Shown in pieces: positions 15,001 to 26,399 of a stretch of DNA of 64,000 nucleotides. Source of the stretch: Nemertoderma westbladi (lineage: Eukaryota > Animalia > Xenacoelomorpha); assembly GCA_032718475.1 (NCBI GenBank), contig JAUCBJ010008647.1, positions 26,939 to 90,938 on the forward strand, written 5' to 3'. Both the position numbers and the translations under genes were made by a program. The notes beneath the pieces are model-generated. The model saw only the letters and a list, made by a program, of their open reading frames with translations, was not told where the DNA came from and ran no database searches. The first letter of the stretch is position 1; each line of letters opens with the position of its first letter.

Positions 15001-18000
15001 ATTAGTAAACAATAACAGACTGAAGGACAGTCACCTGTAATAATTAGTAAACAATAACAGACAGAAGGACAGTCACCTGTAATAATTAGTAAATAATAAC
15101 AGACAGAAAGACAGTCACCTGTAATAATTAGTAAACAATAACAGACAGAAGGACAGTCACCTGTAATAATTAGTAAACAATAACAGACAGAAGGACAGTC
15201 ACCTGTAATAATTAGTAAACAATAACAGACAGAAGGACAGTCACCTGTAATAATTAGTAAACAATAACAGACAGAAGGACAGTCACCTGTAATAATTAGT
15301 AAATAATAACAGACAGAAAGACAGTCACCTGTAATAATTAGTAAATAATAACCTATAATTAGTAAACAATAACAGACAGAAGGACAGTCACCTGTAATAA
15401 TTAGTAAATAATAACAGACAGAAGGACAGTCACCTGTAATAATTAGTAAACAATAACCTACAGAAGTACAGTCACCTCGCCTGTAATAATTAGTAAACAA
15501 TAACAGACAGAAGGACAGTCACCTGTAATAATTAGTAAATAATAACAGACAGAAAGACAGTCCCTGTAATAATTAGTAAACAATAACAGATAGAAGGACA
15601 GTCACCTGTAATAATTAGTAAACAATAACAGACAGAAGGACAGTCACCTGTAATAATTAGTAAATAATAACTGACAGAAAGACAGTCACCTGTAATAATT
15701 AGTAAACAATAACAGATAGAGGGACAGTCACCTGTAATAATTAGTAAACAATAACAGACAGAAGGACAGTCACCTGTAATAATTAGTAAATAATAACTGA
15801 CAGAAAGACAGTCACCTGTAATAATTAGTAAACAATAACAGATAGAGGGACAGTCACCTGTAATAATTAGTAAACAATAACAGACAGAAGGACAGTCACC
15901 TGTAATAATTAGTAAACAATAACAGACAGAAGGACAGTCACCTGTAATAATTAGTAAACAATAACCTACAGAAGTACAGTCACCTCGCCTGTAATAATTA
16001 GTAAACAATAACAGACAGAAGGACAGTCACCTGTAATAATTAGTAAATAATAACAGACAGAAAGACAGTCCCTGTAATAATTAGTAAACAATAACAGATA
16101 GAAGGACAGTCACCTGTAATAATTAGTAAACAATAACAGATAGAAGGACAGTCACCTGTAATAATTAGTAAATAATAACAGATAGAAGGACAGTCACCTG
16201 TAATAATTAGTAAATAATAACAGACAGAAGGACAGTCACCTGTAATAATTAGTAAACAATAACAGACAGAAGGACAGTCACCTGTAATAATTAGTAAACA
16301 ATAACAGACAGAAGGACAGTCACCTGTAATAATTAGTAAACAATAACAGACAGAAGGACAGTCACCTGTAATAATTAGTAAACAATAACAGACAGAAGGA
16401 AATAACAGACAGAAGGACAGTCACCTGTAATAATTAGTAAACAATAACAGACAGAAGGACAGTCACCTGTAATAATTAGTAAATAATAACAGACAGAAAG
16501 ACAGTCACCTGTAATAATTAGTAAACAATAACAGACAGAAGGACAGTCACCTGTAATAATTAGTAAACAATAACAGACAGAAGGACAGTCACCTGTAATA
16601 ATTAGTAAACAATAACAGACAGAAGGACAGTCACCTGTAATAATTAGTAAACAATAACAGACAGAAGGACAGTCACCTGTAATAATTAGTAAACAATAAC
16701 AGACAGAAGGACAGTCACCTGTAATAATTAGTAAACAATAACAGACAGAAGGACAGTCACCTGTAATAATTAGTAAACAATAACAGACAGAAGGACAGTC
16801 ACCTGTAATAATTAGTAAATAATAGCAGACAGAAGGACAGTCACCTGTAATAATTAGTAAACAATAACAGACAGAAGGACAGTCACCTGTAATAATTAGT
16901 AAACAATAACAGACAGAAGGACAGTCACCTGTAATAATTAGTAAATAATAACAGACAGAAAGACAGTCACCTGTAATAATTAGTAAACAATAACAGACAG
17001 AAAGACAGTCACCTGTAATAATTAGTAAACAATAACAGACAGAATGACAGTCACCTGTAATAATTAGTAAACAATAACAGACAGAAGGACAGTCACCTGT
17101 AATAATTAGTAAACAATAACCTACAGAAGTACAGTCACCTCGCCTGTACCAATTAGTAAACAATAACAGACAGAAGGACAGTCACCTGTAATAATTAGTA
17201 AATAATAACAGACAGAAAGACAGTCACCTGTAATAATTAGTAAACAATAACAGATAGAAGGACAGTCACCTGTAATAATTAGTAAACAATAACAGACAGA
17301 AGGACAGTCACCTGTAATAATTAGTAAACAATAACAGACAGAAGGACAGTCACCTGTAATAATTAGTAAACAATAACAGACAGAAGGACAGTCACCTGTA
17401 ATAATTAGTAAATAATAACAGACAGAAGGACAGTCACCTGTAATAATTAGTAAACAATAACCTACAGAAGTACAGTCACCTGTAATAATTAGTAAATAAT
17501 AACAGACAGAAGGACAGTCACCTGTAATAATTAGTAAATAATAACAGACAGAAAGACAGTCACCTGTAATAATTAGTAAATAATAACAGACAGAAAGACA
17601 GTCACCTGTAATAATTAGTAAATAATAACAGACAGAAAGACAGTCACCTGTAATAATTAGTAAATAATAACAGACAGAAAGACGGTCACCTGTAATAATT
17701 AGTAAACAATAACAGACAGAAGGACGTCACCTGTAATAATTAGTAAAAAATAACAGACAGAAGGACAGTCACCTGTAATAATTAGTAAATAATAACAGAC
17801 AGAAGGACAGTCACCTGTAATAATTAGTAAATAATAACAGACAGAAAGACAGTCACCTGTAATAATTAGTAAATAATAACAGACAGAAAGACAGTCACCT
17901 GTAATAATTAGTAAATAATAACAGACAGAAAGACAGTCACCTGTAATAATTAGTAAACAATAACAGACAGAAGGACAGTCACCTGTAATAAATAGTAAAC

Positions 18001-19625
18001 AATAACAGACAGAAGGACAGTCACCTGTAATAATTAGTAAACAATAACAGACAGGAGGACAGTCACCTGTAATAATTAGTAAACAATAACAGACAGAAGG
18101 ACAGTCACCTGTAATAATTAGTAAACAATAACAGACTGAAGGACAGTCACCTGTAATAATTAGTAAACAATAACAGACAGAAGGACAGTCACCTGTAATA
18201 ATTAGTAAATAATAACAGACAGAAAGACAGTCACCTGTAATAATTAGTAAACAATAACAGACAGAAGGACAGTCACCTGTAATAATTAGTAAACAATAAC
18301 AGACAGAAGGACAGTCACCTGTAATAATTAGTAAACAATAACAGACAGAAGGACAGTCACCTGTAATAATTAGTAAACAATAACAGACAGAAGGACAGTC
18401 ACCTGTAATAATTAGTAAATAATAACAGACAGAAAGACAGTCACCTGTAATAATTAGTAAATAATAACCTATAATTAGTAAACAATAACAGACAGAAGGA
18501 CAGTCACCTGTAATAATTAGTAAATAATAACAGACAGAAGGACAGTCACCTGTAATAATTAGTAAACAATAACCTACAGAAGTACAGTCACCTCGCCTGT
18601 AATAATTAGTAAACAATAACAGACAGAAGGACAGTCACCTGTAATAATTAGTAAATAATAACAGACAGAAAGACAGTCCCTGTAATAATTAGTAAACAAT
18701 AACAGATAGAAGGACAGTCACCTGTAATAATTAGTAAACAATAACAGACAGAAGGACAGTCACCTGTAATAATTAGTAAATAATAACTGACAGAAAGACA
18801 GTCACCTGTAATAATTAGTAAACAATAACAGATAGAGGGACAGTCACCTGTAATAATTAGTAAACAATAACAGACAGAAGGACAGTCACCTGTAATAATT
18901 AGTAAATAATAACTGACAGAAAGACAGTCACCTGTAATAATTAGTAAACAATAACAGATAGAGGGACAGTCACCTGTAATAATTAGTAAACAATAACAGA
19001 CAGAAGGACAGTCACCTGTAATAATTAGTAAACAATAACAGACAGAAGGACAGTCACCTGTAATAATTAGTAAACAATAACCTACAGAAGTACAGTCACC
19101 TCGCCTGTAATAATTAGTAAACAATAACAGACAGAAGGACAGTCACCTGTAATAATTAGTAAATAATAACAGACAGAAAGACAGTCCCTGTAATAATTAG
19201 TAAACAATAACAGATAGAAGGACAGTCACCTGTAATAATTAGTAAACAATAACAGATAGAAGGACAGTCACCTGTAATAATTAGTAAATAATAACAGATA
19301 GAAGGACAGTCACCTGTAATAATTAGTAAACAACAACAGACAGAAGGACAGTCACCTGTAATAATTAGTAAATAATAACAGACAGAAAGACAGTCACCTG
19401 TAATAATTAGTAAACAATAACAGACAGAAGGACAGTCACCTGTAATAATTAGTAAATAATAACGTACAGAAGGACAGTCACCTGTAATAATTAGTAAATA
19501 ATAATAGACAGAAGGACAGTCACCTGTAATAATTAGTAAACAATAACCTATAATTAGTAAACAATAACAGACAGAAAGACAGTCTCCTGTAATAATTAGT
19601 AAACAATAACAGACAGAAGGACAGT
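12027..19625. repeat. 42-bp satellite, block 2, containing a 3116-bp higher-order tandem duplication
   Basis: Same unit; near-identical variant patterns are offset by 3116 bp (ORF pairs 13259/16375, 14583/17699, 15532/18648). Confidence 0.97.
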
Positions 19626-20153
19626 TGTGAGTGTATTCAATTCTGCCTCACCAACCCCCATAAAGTGGGCCAGCGAGACCCTTAAGCAATATTGGGAGCA
19701 CGAGGTTGATTACCAATCAACCTTGTATCACCCCAATAAGTGGGGCAACAATAGGCCCCAAGAGGACACACACACAATGGGGGTCAGAGGTTACACCTCC
19801 GGGAGGGAGAGAGAGACAGCAGCGGGGGGAAGTACACCCAGGGAGATGGGAAGGTGACAAGTGAGTTATTAGCCAATGGGGGGAAGGCATCGGCTGAGTA
19901 GTGTAATGCGGCCAACCGGTGCAATATATTACCATGTCGGTGTATCATTCATTCACTTGTAGTAAGTCAGTTAGTTAGGACGGTACCGGAACTCTAATTA
20001 CTGTGACGGGATCCACGGAGGATCCCGGTTTATCCGGTTTCTAATCTACGCGTCCCCGCCGTGTGTGTGAAAGGTAGAAAGAGTTATTGATCGGTGTATA
20101 TAGTTCCAAAGGTATAATAGTATATGATAATGGTTGTTATAATATAAGTGTAC
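19626..20153 (+). repeat. 5' LTR of copy 2 with its 3' 152 bp inverted (20002-20153)
   Basis: 19626-20001 matches 24359-24734; 20002-20153 is the reverse complement of 24784-24935. Confidence 0.93.
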
Positions 20154-22939
20154 CGGCAGACTGCAGGACATACTGTAGGCCTTACTGCACATACTATTAT
20201 AGGCCATGCTGGGAGAGATAGAGTAGGCGATAGGGTAGTGCGAACGACGGGATTAAACCCGGAAGTCGCGGAGTACATACCGGTAGGTAGGCAAGAAGTG
20301 GGTAGGCCTATATCGGTACAGCAGCATGACTATAATACACAGGGACATAACATATATCCAGGGAAGGGGAGAGTTATTGCTGATAGATGTATGGGCCCCA
20401 ATATATTAACATCAACCCCAGTACCAAACATTCCGGTGGGGGGGGGGGGGGGGGGACAGGGTGACATTCCCCCATTCCAATATCAACAATATACTCGAAC
20501 AGCAACGAGAACACCTAACCCCCTGGACGAGAACAGGTCTTGCGACACGGAAATATGGAGGGGGCCGTTACCCCCAATGATATATCCGACGCAACAAGTT
20601 AGATCAACAGCAGATAGGACGAACGGATCGCACCCAACGGCAGAATCTGTACAGCATCCATCGAACCCATTGGAAGCACAGGCGATGGGAATGGCGACGC
20701 TAATCGATGCATTAAAGACCAGGATCGAGTTACCACCAGTCGAGCCATTTAAATTCGATGGAAGTAGGCCGGAAGAATACCTGCAGTTTCGGCGCATGTA
20801 CAGTAACGAGATATTAAGTAAGAACTTGATGCAGGTGGAGTGCCTAAAATATCTACAGGTGTATACAGGAGGCCCAGCATACGACATCGTGAGGCAGTAC
20901 CAGAGCATCGAGGGCGGCTTCACGACAGCATGGCGGGCGCTAGACAGGGAATACGGACACCCGGCCAAGATCATCCGGCAAACCCTGAGAGGTATAACAT
21001 CGGGTGGCCTACAGGACAACCCCGTTAGCATAAAGACCTTTGCGAACAAGGTCGAGAAGGCGTTAATCGTGTTAAAGACGCTAGACGCGCCATACGAACT
21101 CAACGCATCTAATAACATCACCACAATAGCGCAGGCACTGCCGATCTGGCTGCGGAGCAAGTGGAGGAAGATCGCCTTCTCCACTCGAGAGAAGAAAGGT
21201 GCGGAGCCGGGGCTGGAGGAAATGTCAAACTTCCTCAACTACGAAGCCGAGTTGATAACAGACCCAGTCTATAGTGAGGATAGTTTGGGGAAGGCGCCAA
21301 AGACCGAATACAACAGGCCTGGACCCGAACATAATCCGACAGATCCATTCTCGAGAGTAAGACAGTCGCTACCACACGCGGCCACACAGGGGGCTACAAG
21401 CCCACAGTTAGCTGGGAGTAGGGCCACACCGTGGCAGGGACAGAAAGAAAATAACACCATAAATAAACATAATCCCAATATACCCAGTAGGCCGAGTACA
21501 GATAACCAAAACACTAAATCGGTAGATATAAACCTACGCGCAATACGTGAAGGACTATATAGGGAACGCTATAATCCAGGATTCAAATTTCAATTACATC
21601 GGGACGGAACCCATAAGACCATGAGTTCTAAGCACTGGCAAGCGTTGCCCAAACAAGATCGTATAGCCTACACAGACGCAAATGGACTATGTCATCGATG
21701 TGTGGTAGAAGGACACAGATCCGGAGAGTGTAGAGAAACAGCGACAGGAGATAACGAGACTGGAGGCCAAACAATGGCTACAAGCACGACAGTGGCAAGA
21801 AAGAAGAGAAAAGTACTACTCGGGGTAGTACTGGTGAAGATATCAGGAGAGGGCGGTCGATCAGTAACGACATTAATGCTGGTCGACAGCGGAGCAGCCT
21901 TCACGCTGGTGGAGAACTGGGTGGCCGAAGAGATAGGGCTAAAGACGAGGCCGAATAGAATGGCGGTAACCACCGTCTCAAGTAAGGATGAGGTCCTGGA
22001 GATGAGGACGGGACGGTGCAGGATATCAGCGATTGCACCGGGATGCAACTATGGGGCGACGATCGACCCCATCCATGTGATAGAATCGATAAACATCAAC
22101 GCCAGGCGACCAACCAACATCGAAGTCGAACAATATACAGTACATTCCTGGACGGTATCGATTTCTCAATACCAGAGGTGGACGTTAGGAAGGTATCCAT
22201 TATAGTAGGAATGGACTGCCCGACGGCCCACGAGAGAACAAAGACGGTCTTCGGCGAAGACAGGCAGCGGGACCCGACGGCGATCCTCACGCCGTTCGGA
22301 TGGACGCTTAGCGGCCCAGTTAAAACCAAGATTCCATCCAGAGTGACGGAGACATCAGGGTGCATGTTACCAGGCACCGTAGACACGGAGGTTGAAGAGG
22401 AGAAACAGGAGATAGTAGAGCCAGACAGGGAAGTAACAGTAAGAGAGTGGGCGGAGGAGAATGGATTTCCCAGCAAGTATCGGTATGGAGATGGAGAGGA
22501 GTGGACGGCGAGATGTCCGGAGGAGTGTCCGGTGGAGTGTCAGGAGGACAATAGTCCAGAGCAGTGTCTAGAGGAGTGTCCAGAGGAGTGTCCGGAAGAG
22601 ACGCCGGTCCGGTTGAGAGGCATACCGACAAGGGGGAGCTCGAGTAGGAAGACAGGATGGAAAGGGATAGGACTATTGTTGTACCTTCTGTTTTGCCTGT
22701 TCTTTCACTTTCTATTCATTCTGCCGCCGGGAGATAACAAGGTGGGAGGTGGCATTTTGATGCCAGGAGACGAGAAAGTTAAGAAGGCGGTGGAGAGACC
22801 CGATTTCAGGGTGGCAGAAGAGAGAGAACCAATTCCTGGTGAGTTGGAATTGGTGGAGAGAGTGTGGCAAAGAATAAGAGGACGTATAAAGGAGGCAGTG
22901 GGAGAGTGCCTACTGGAAAAAGGGGCACTTCAGAGTTAA
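20148..22939 (+). pseudogene. gag core + aspartic protease, frameshifted near 22140; the pol position holds an acidic/Cys-rich and hydrophobic segment
   Basis: FKFDGSRPEEYLQF gag motif, CHRC..GH...C knuckle, LVDSGAAFT protease motif, TPFGWTLSG; ORFs 20148-22205 and 22016-22939. Confidence 0.85.
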
Positions 22940-23169
22940 GTCGTCCAATATTTTGGACTGAGGGGGGTGGGAATGAGGGCGAGACGCCCTTCCCACACAA
23001 ATAATTATTTAATTAAAATAAATAACAAAATAATTAAATAATAAGATAAGTAGAAGGTAGAAAGTAATAGTTAGAAGAGATAGTAAGTAGTAGCAAGGAG
23101 TAGTAGAAAGTAGTAGTAGAGTGTTAGAAGGTGGCAGGGTAAGGGAGTGTGGTATATTAACATGCCACG

Positions 23170-23810
23170 AGTAGTAGCAGAGGGGTTGTGGGCACCGGAA
23201 GCGCCACGTAGAAAGTAGTAAGAGAGGGGTTGTGGGCACCGGAAGCGCCACATAGAAAGTAGTAAGAGAGGGGTTGTGGGCACCGTAAGTGCCACGTAGA
23301 AAGTAGTAAGAGAGGGGTTGTGGGCACCGGAAGCGCCATGTAGAAAGTGGTAGCAGAGAGTGGTTGTGGGCACCGCAAGCGCCACATAGATAGAGGTAGT
23401 AGAGTAGTAGAGAGGGCACATAGGGTGCCAGGTAGTAGAGTAGTAGAGAGGGCACATAGAGTGCCAGGTAGTAGAGTAGTAGAGAGGGCACATAGGGTGC
23501 CAGGTAGTAGAGTAGTAGAGATTGGCACATAGGGTGCCAGGTAGTAGAGTTAGAGGTAGTAGAGTAGTAAAGAGGGCACATAGGGTGCCAGGTAGTAGAG
23601 TAGTAGAGAGGGCACATAGGGTGCCAGGTAGTAGAGTAGTAGAGACGGGCACATAGGGTGCCAGATAGTAGAGTGGTTGTGGGCACCGCAAGCGCCATGT
23701 AGATGGAGGAAGTAGTAGTAGAGTGGTTGTGGGCACCGCAAGCGCCACGTAGATGGAGGTAGTAAGCAGAGTGGTTGTGGGCACCGCAAGCGCCACGTAG
23801 AAACTAGTAA
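23170..23810 (+). repeat. Internal tandem arrays (44-bp and 36-bp units) in the 3' region of copy 2
   Basis: GGGCACC recurs at 23190, 23234 and 23278; GGGCACA recurs at 23414 and 23450. Confidence 0.9.
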
Positions 23811-24358
23811 GTAGAGTTAGAGTTAGTAGAGAGTTAGAGGGTTTTAGTTAGAGCTAGTAGAGTTAGAGTTAGTAGAGAGTTGGAGAGTTCTAGTAGAGTT
23901 AGGAGTTAGTTAGAGTTAGAGAAGTTAGATAGTTAGATAGTTAGCAAGTTAGACCTTAGATAAGGTAGATAGTATGATAGCACAGGGGTAGCATTAGAGA
24001 TTAGGGCCTTAGGGAGTGGCAGAGAGTAGAGAGGAGTATGGAGAGGAGCTGCTGGCGAGAGGCAGAGCAGGCGAGTGCGATTCAGGTGTGGGGAGAGAGT
24101 AAGAGCGGAGTTAGAGCGGAGTTAGAGTGGTGAGAGTGTTGGGGAAACAAAAGTTGTGTGAAAGAAGCGCACGATCGGCCCGACACGAGACGCCAGAGGG
24201 TAGTGACATCATACCCATAGGGAGCAGCCTGGAAAGCCGACTCCAAGAAAAAATAACTCCACCCCACACCCGATAATAGATCGAGTTCCAGCGGAATTGA
24301 AGCGCACTTAGAGGTTGATGCTATCTTCTCTCCGGGAAGATAGCATGGGGGGGGGGAG

Positions 24359-24935
24359 TGTGAGCGTATTAAATTCCGCCTCACCAACCCCCATAAAGTG
24401 GGCCAGCGAGACCCTTAAGCAATATTGGGAGCACGAGGTTGATTACCAATAAACCTTGTATCACCCCAATAAGTGGGGCAACAATAGGCCCCAAGAGGAC
24501 ACACACACAATGGGGGTCAGAGGTTACACCTCCGGGAGGGAGAGAGAGACAGCAGCGGGGGGAAGTACACCCAGGGAGATGGGAAGGTGACAAGTGAGTT
24601 ATTAGCCAATGGGGGGAAGGCATCGGCTGATTAGTGTAATGCGGCCAACCGGTGCAATATATTACCATGTCGGTGTATCATTCATTCACTTGTAGTAAGT
24701 CAGTTAGTTAGGACGGTACCGGAACTCTAATTACCGTCACCGTCATTCCTGTCATCTGCCAATAGTACATATATCATTTACCAGTACACTTATATTATAA
24801 CAACCATTATCATATACTATTATACCTTTGGAACTATATACACCGATCAATAACTCTTTCTACCTTTCACACACACGGCGGGGACGCGTAGATTAGAAAC
24901 CGGATAAACCGGGATCCTCCGTGGATCCCGTCACA
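24359..24935 (+). repeat. 3' LTR of BEL copy 2 (577 bp)
   Basis: Follows the PPT; TGTGAGC...GTCACA; followed by the TSD. Confidence 0.95.
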
Positions 24936-25100
24936 ACAGTCACCTGTAATAATTAGTAAACAATAACCTATAATTAGTAAACAATAACAGACAGAAAGAC
25001 AGTCTCCTGTAATAATTAGTAAACAATAACAGACAGGACAGTCACCTGTAATAATTAGTAAACAATAACAGACAGAAGGACAGTCACCTGTAATAATTAG
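24936..25100. repeat. 42-bp satellite, short block between BEL copies 2 and 3
   Basis: About 4 units visible. Confidence 0.95.
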
Positions 25101-25692
25101 TGTGACGGGATCTGCGGAGGATCCTGGTTTATCCGGTTTTTGGTTCCTAGTTTACGCGTCCCCACCGTGCGTGAAAGATATAAAGAGTTCTGGGTTGTTG
25201 ATCAATCGATGTATATAAGTTCGGGATATAATATAATAGAGATAATAGCACAAATGGTTGATGTATGATGTAATGTACCGGTAGGTGATATGTACTGGTG
25301 ACGGGGGGCGGAGACGGTAACTAGACCTAACTGTAACTAACGGTACTGTCCTAACTAGCTGACTTACTACAAGTGAATGAAATATTGCATGGACCGGTAA
25401 TATATTGCACAGTTGGCCATATTGCTCTACCCAGTCGATGCTTCCCCCCAATTGGCTAATATCCTAATTGTCGCCCCTTTACCTTCCCTGGAGTGTTTCC
25501 CGTTACTCCTGTTATTCCCTCTCTCTCTCAGGGGTGTAACCTCTGACCCCTTTGTGCGTATGTCCTCCGGGGTTTCCTTGTCCCCACTTTATTGGGGTGG
25601 TACGAGGTTGATATTGGATATCAACCTCGTGTTCCCAATATTGCTTAAAGCTCACTTTATGGGGCTGGTTAGTGGAATTGAATACGCTAACA
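25101..25692 (-). repeat. 3' LTR of BEL copy 3 (592 bp)
   Basis: Direct repeat of 38044-38624; adjoins the PPT. Confidence 0.95.
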
Positions 25693-26399
25693 CTCCCCCC
25701 CATGCTATCTTCCCGGTAAGAAGATAGCATCCACCTCTAGTGCGCTACAATTCCACTGGATCTCGACCTAGTATCGAGTGTGGGATGGAACTATTTTTAT
25801 TTTTTTCAGAGCCAGTTTTCCAGACCGCCCCCTATGGGTATGATATTGCTACCCTGTCTACCTGGCGTCCCGTGTTGGGCCGATCATGCGCTCCTTTCAC
25901 ACGACTTTTGTTTCCCCAACACTTTCGCCACTCTAACTCCACTCTATTCTCACCCTGACTCTCGCTACTTCTCCTCACCTCCGCTCTAACTTTCGGACTT
26001 CCCTGTCCCTCACTCGCCCTCTTGTTCCTCCCCCCCCACACTTGAGTCGCACTTGCACTCTCTCCGCACTTCGCACTATCGCTCCATCGCTCGACCCCTC
26101 CTTGGCTAACTCACTCATCTCTGACGAGTCCCATCCCCCTCTCCTGTGCCGTCGCACTCAGGAAATGTGAAGTCGTCTAGTGTCTCGTTCGTCATAGTCA
26201 GTCATCCCCCGGTCCAGTAGCTAATTGGAAAAAGGTTGAGTGACTATAGTACTTACTTCAATTATATTTTGCTAAACTAATAATGATTACTACGTACGTA
26301 CCTACTAATTGCACTTTTCAATTGTTTAAATTACTTAAATTTATACTTAGGAGTTCGCACGTCTCGCGTGGTGCCTTCCAGGCATATTACTCCGAAGTC

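Larger units (their letters stand above)
19626..24935 (+). mobile_element. BEL/Pao copy 2: non-autonomous, internally deleted, with rearranged 5' LTR
   Basis: TG...CA ends; 5-bp TSD ACAGT at 19621-19625 and 24936-24940; PPT GGGGGGGGGGAG at 24347-24358; gag core and protease (LVDSGA) present; RT, RNase H and integrase absent. Confidence 0.93.

Noticed and set aside
7815-19124. Long minus-strand Cys/Leu-rich ORFs (ITGDCPSVCYCLLI)n
   Set aside because: Artefact of a 42-bp unit that lacks stops in one frame; no ATG starts, and frequent frame-breaking variants.
1-19625. CRISPR-like appearance of the satellite and the 53-bp arrays
   Set aside because: Head-to-tail units without unique spacers, no cas genes, eukaryotic context.
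23009-23796. Overlapping minus-strand ORFs in copy 2
   Set aside because: Translations of the 36/44-bp tandem arrays.
26121-26170. CTGACGA resembling a hammerhead ribozyme core
   Set aside because: No stem II closing onto C-GAAA and no stem I/III pairing; antisense to the element.
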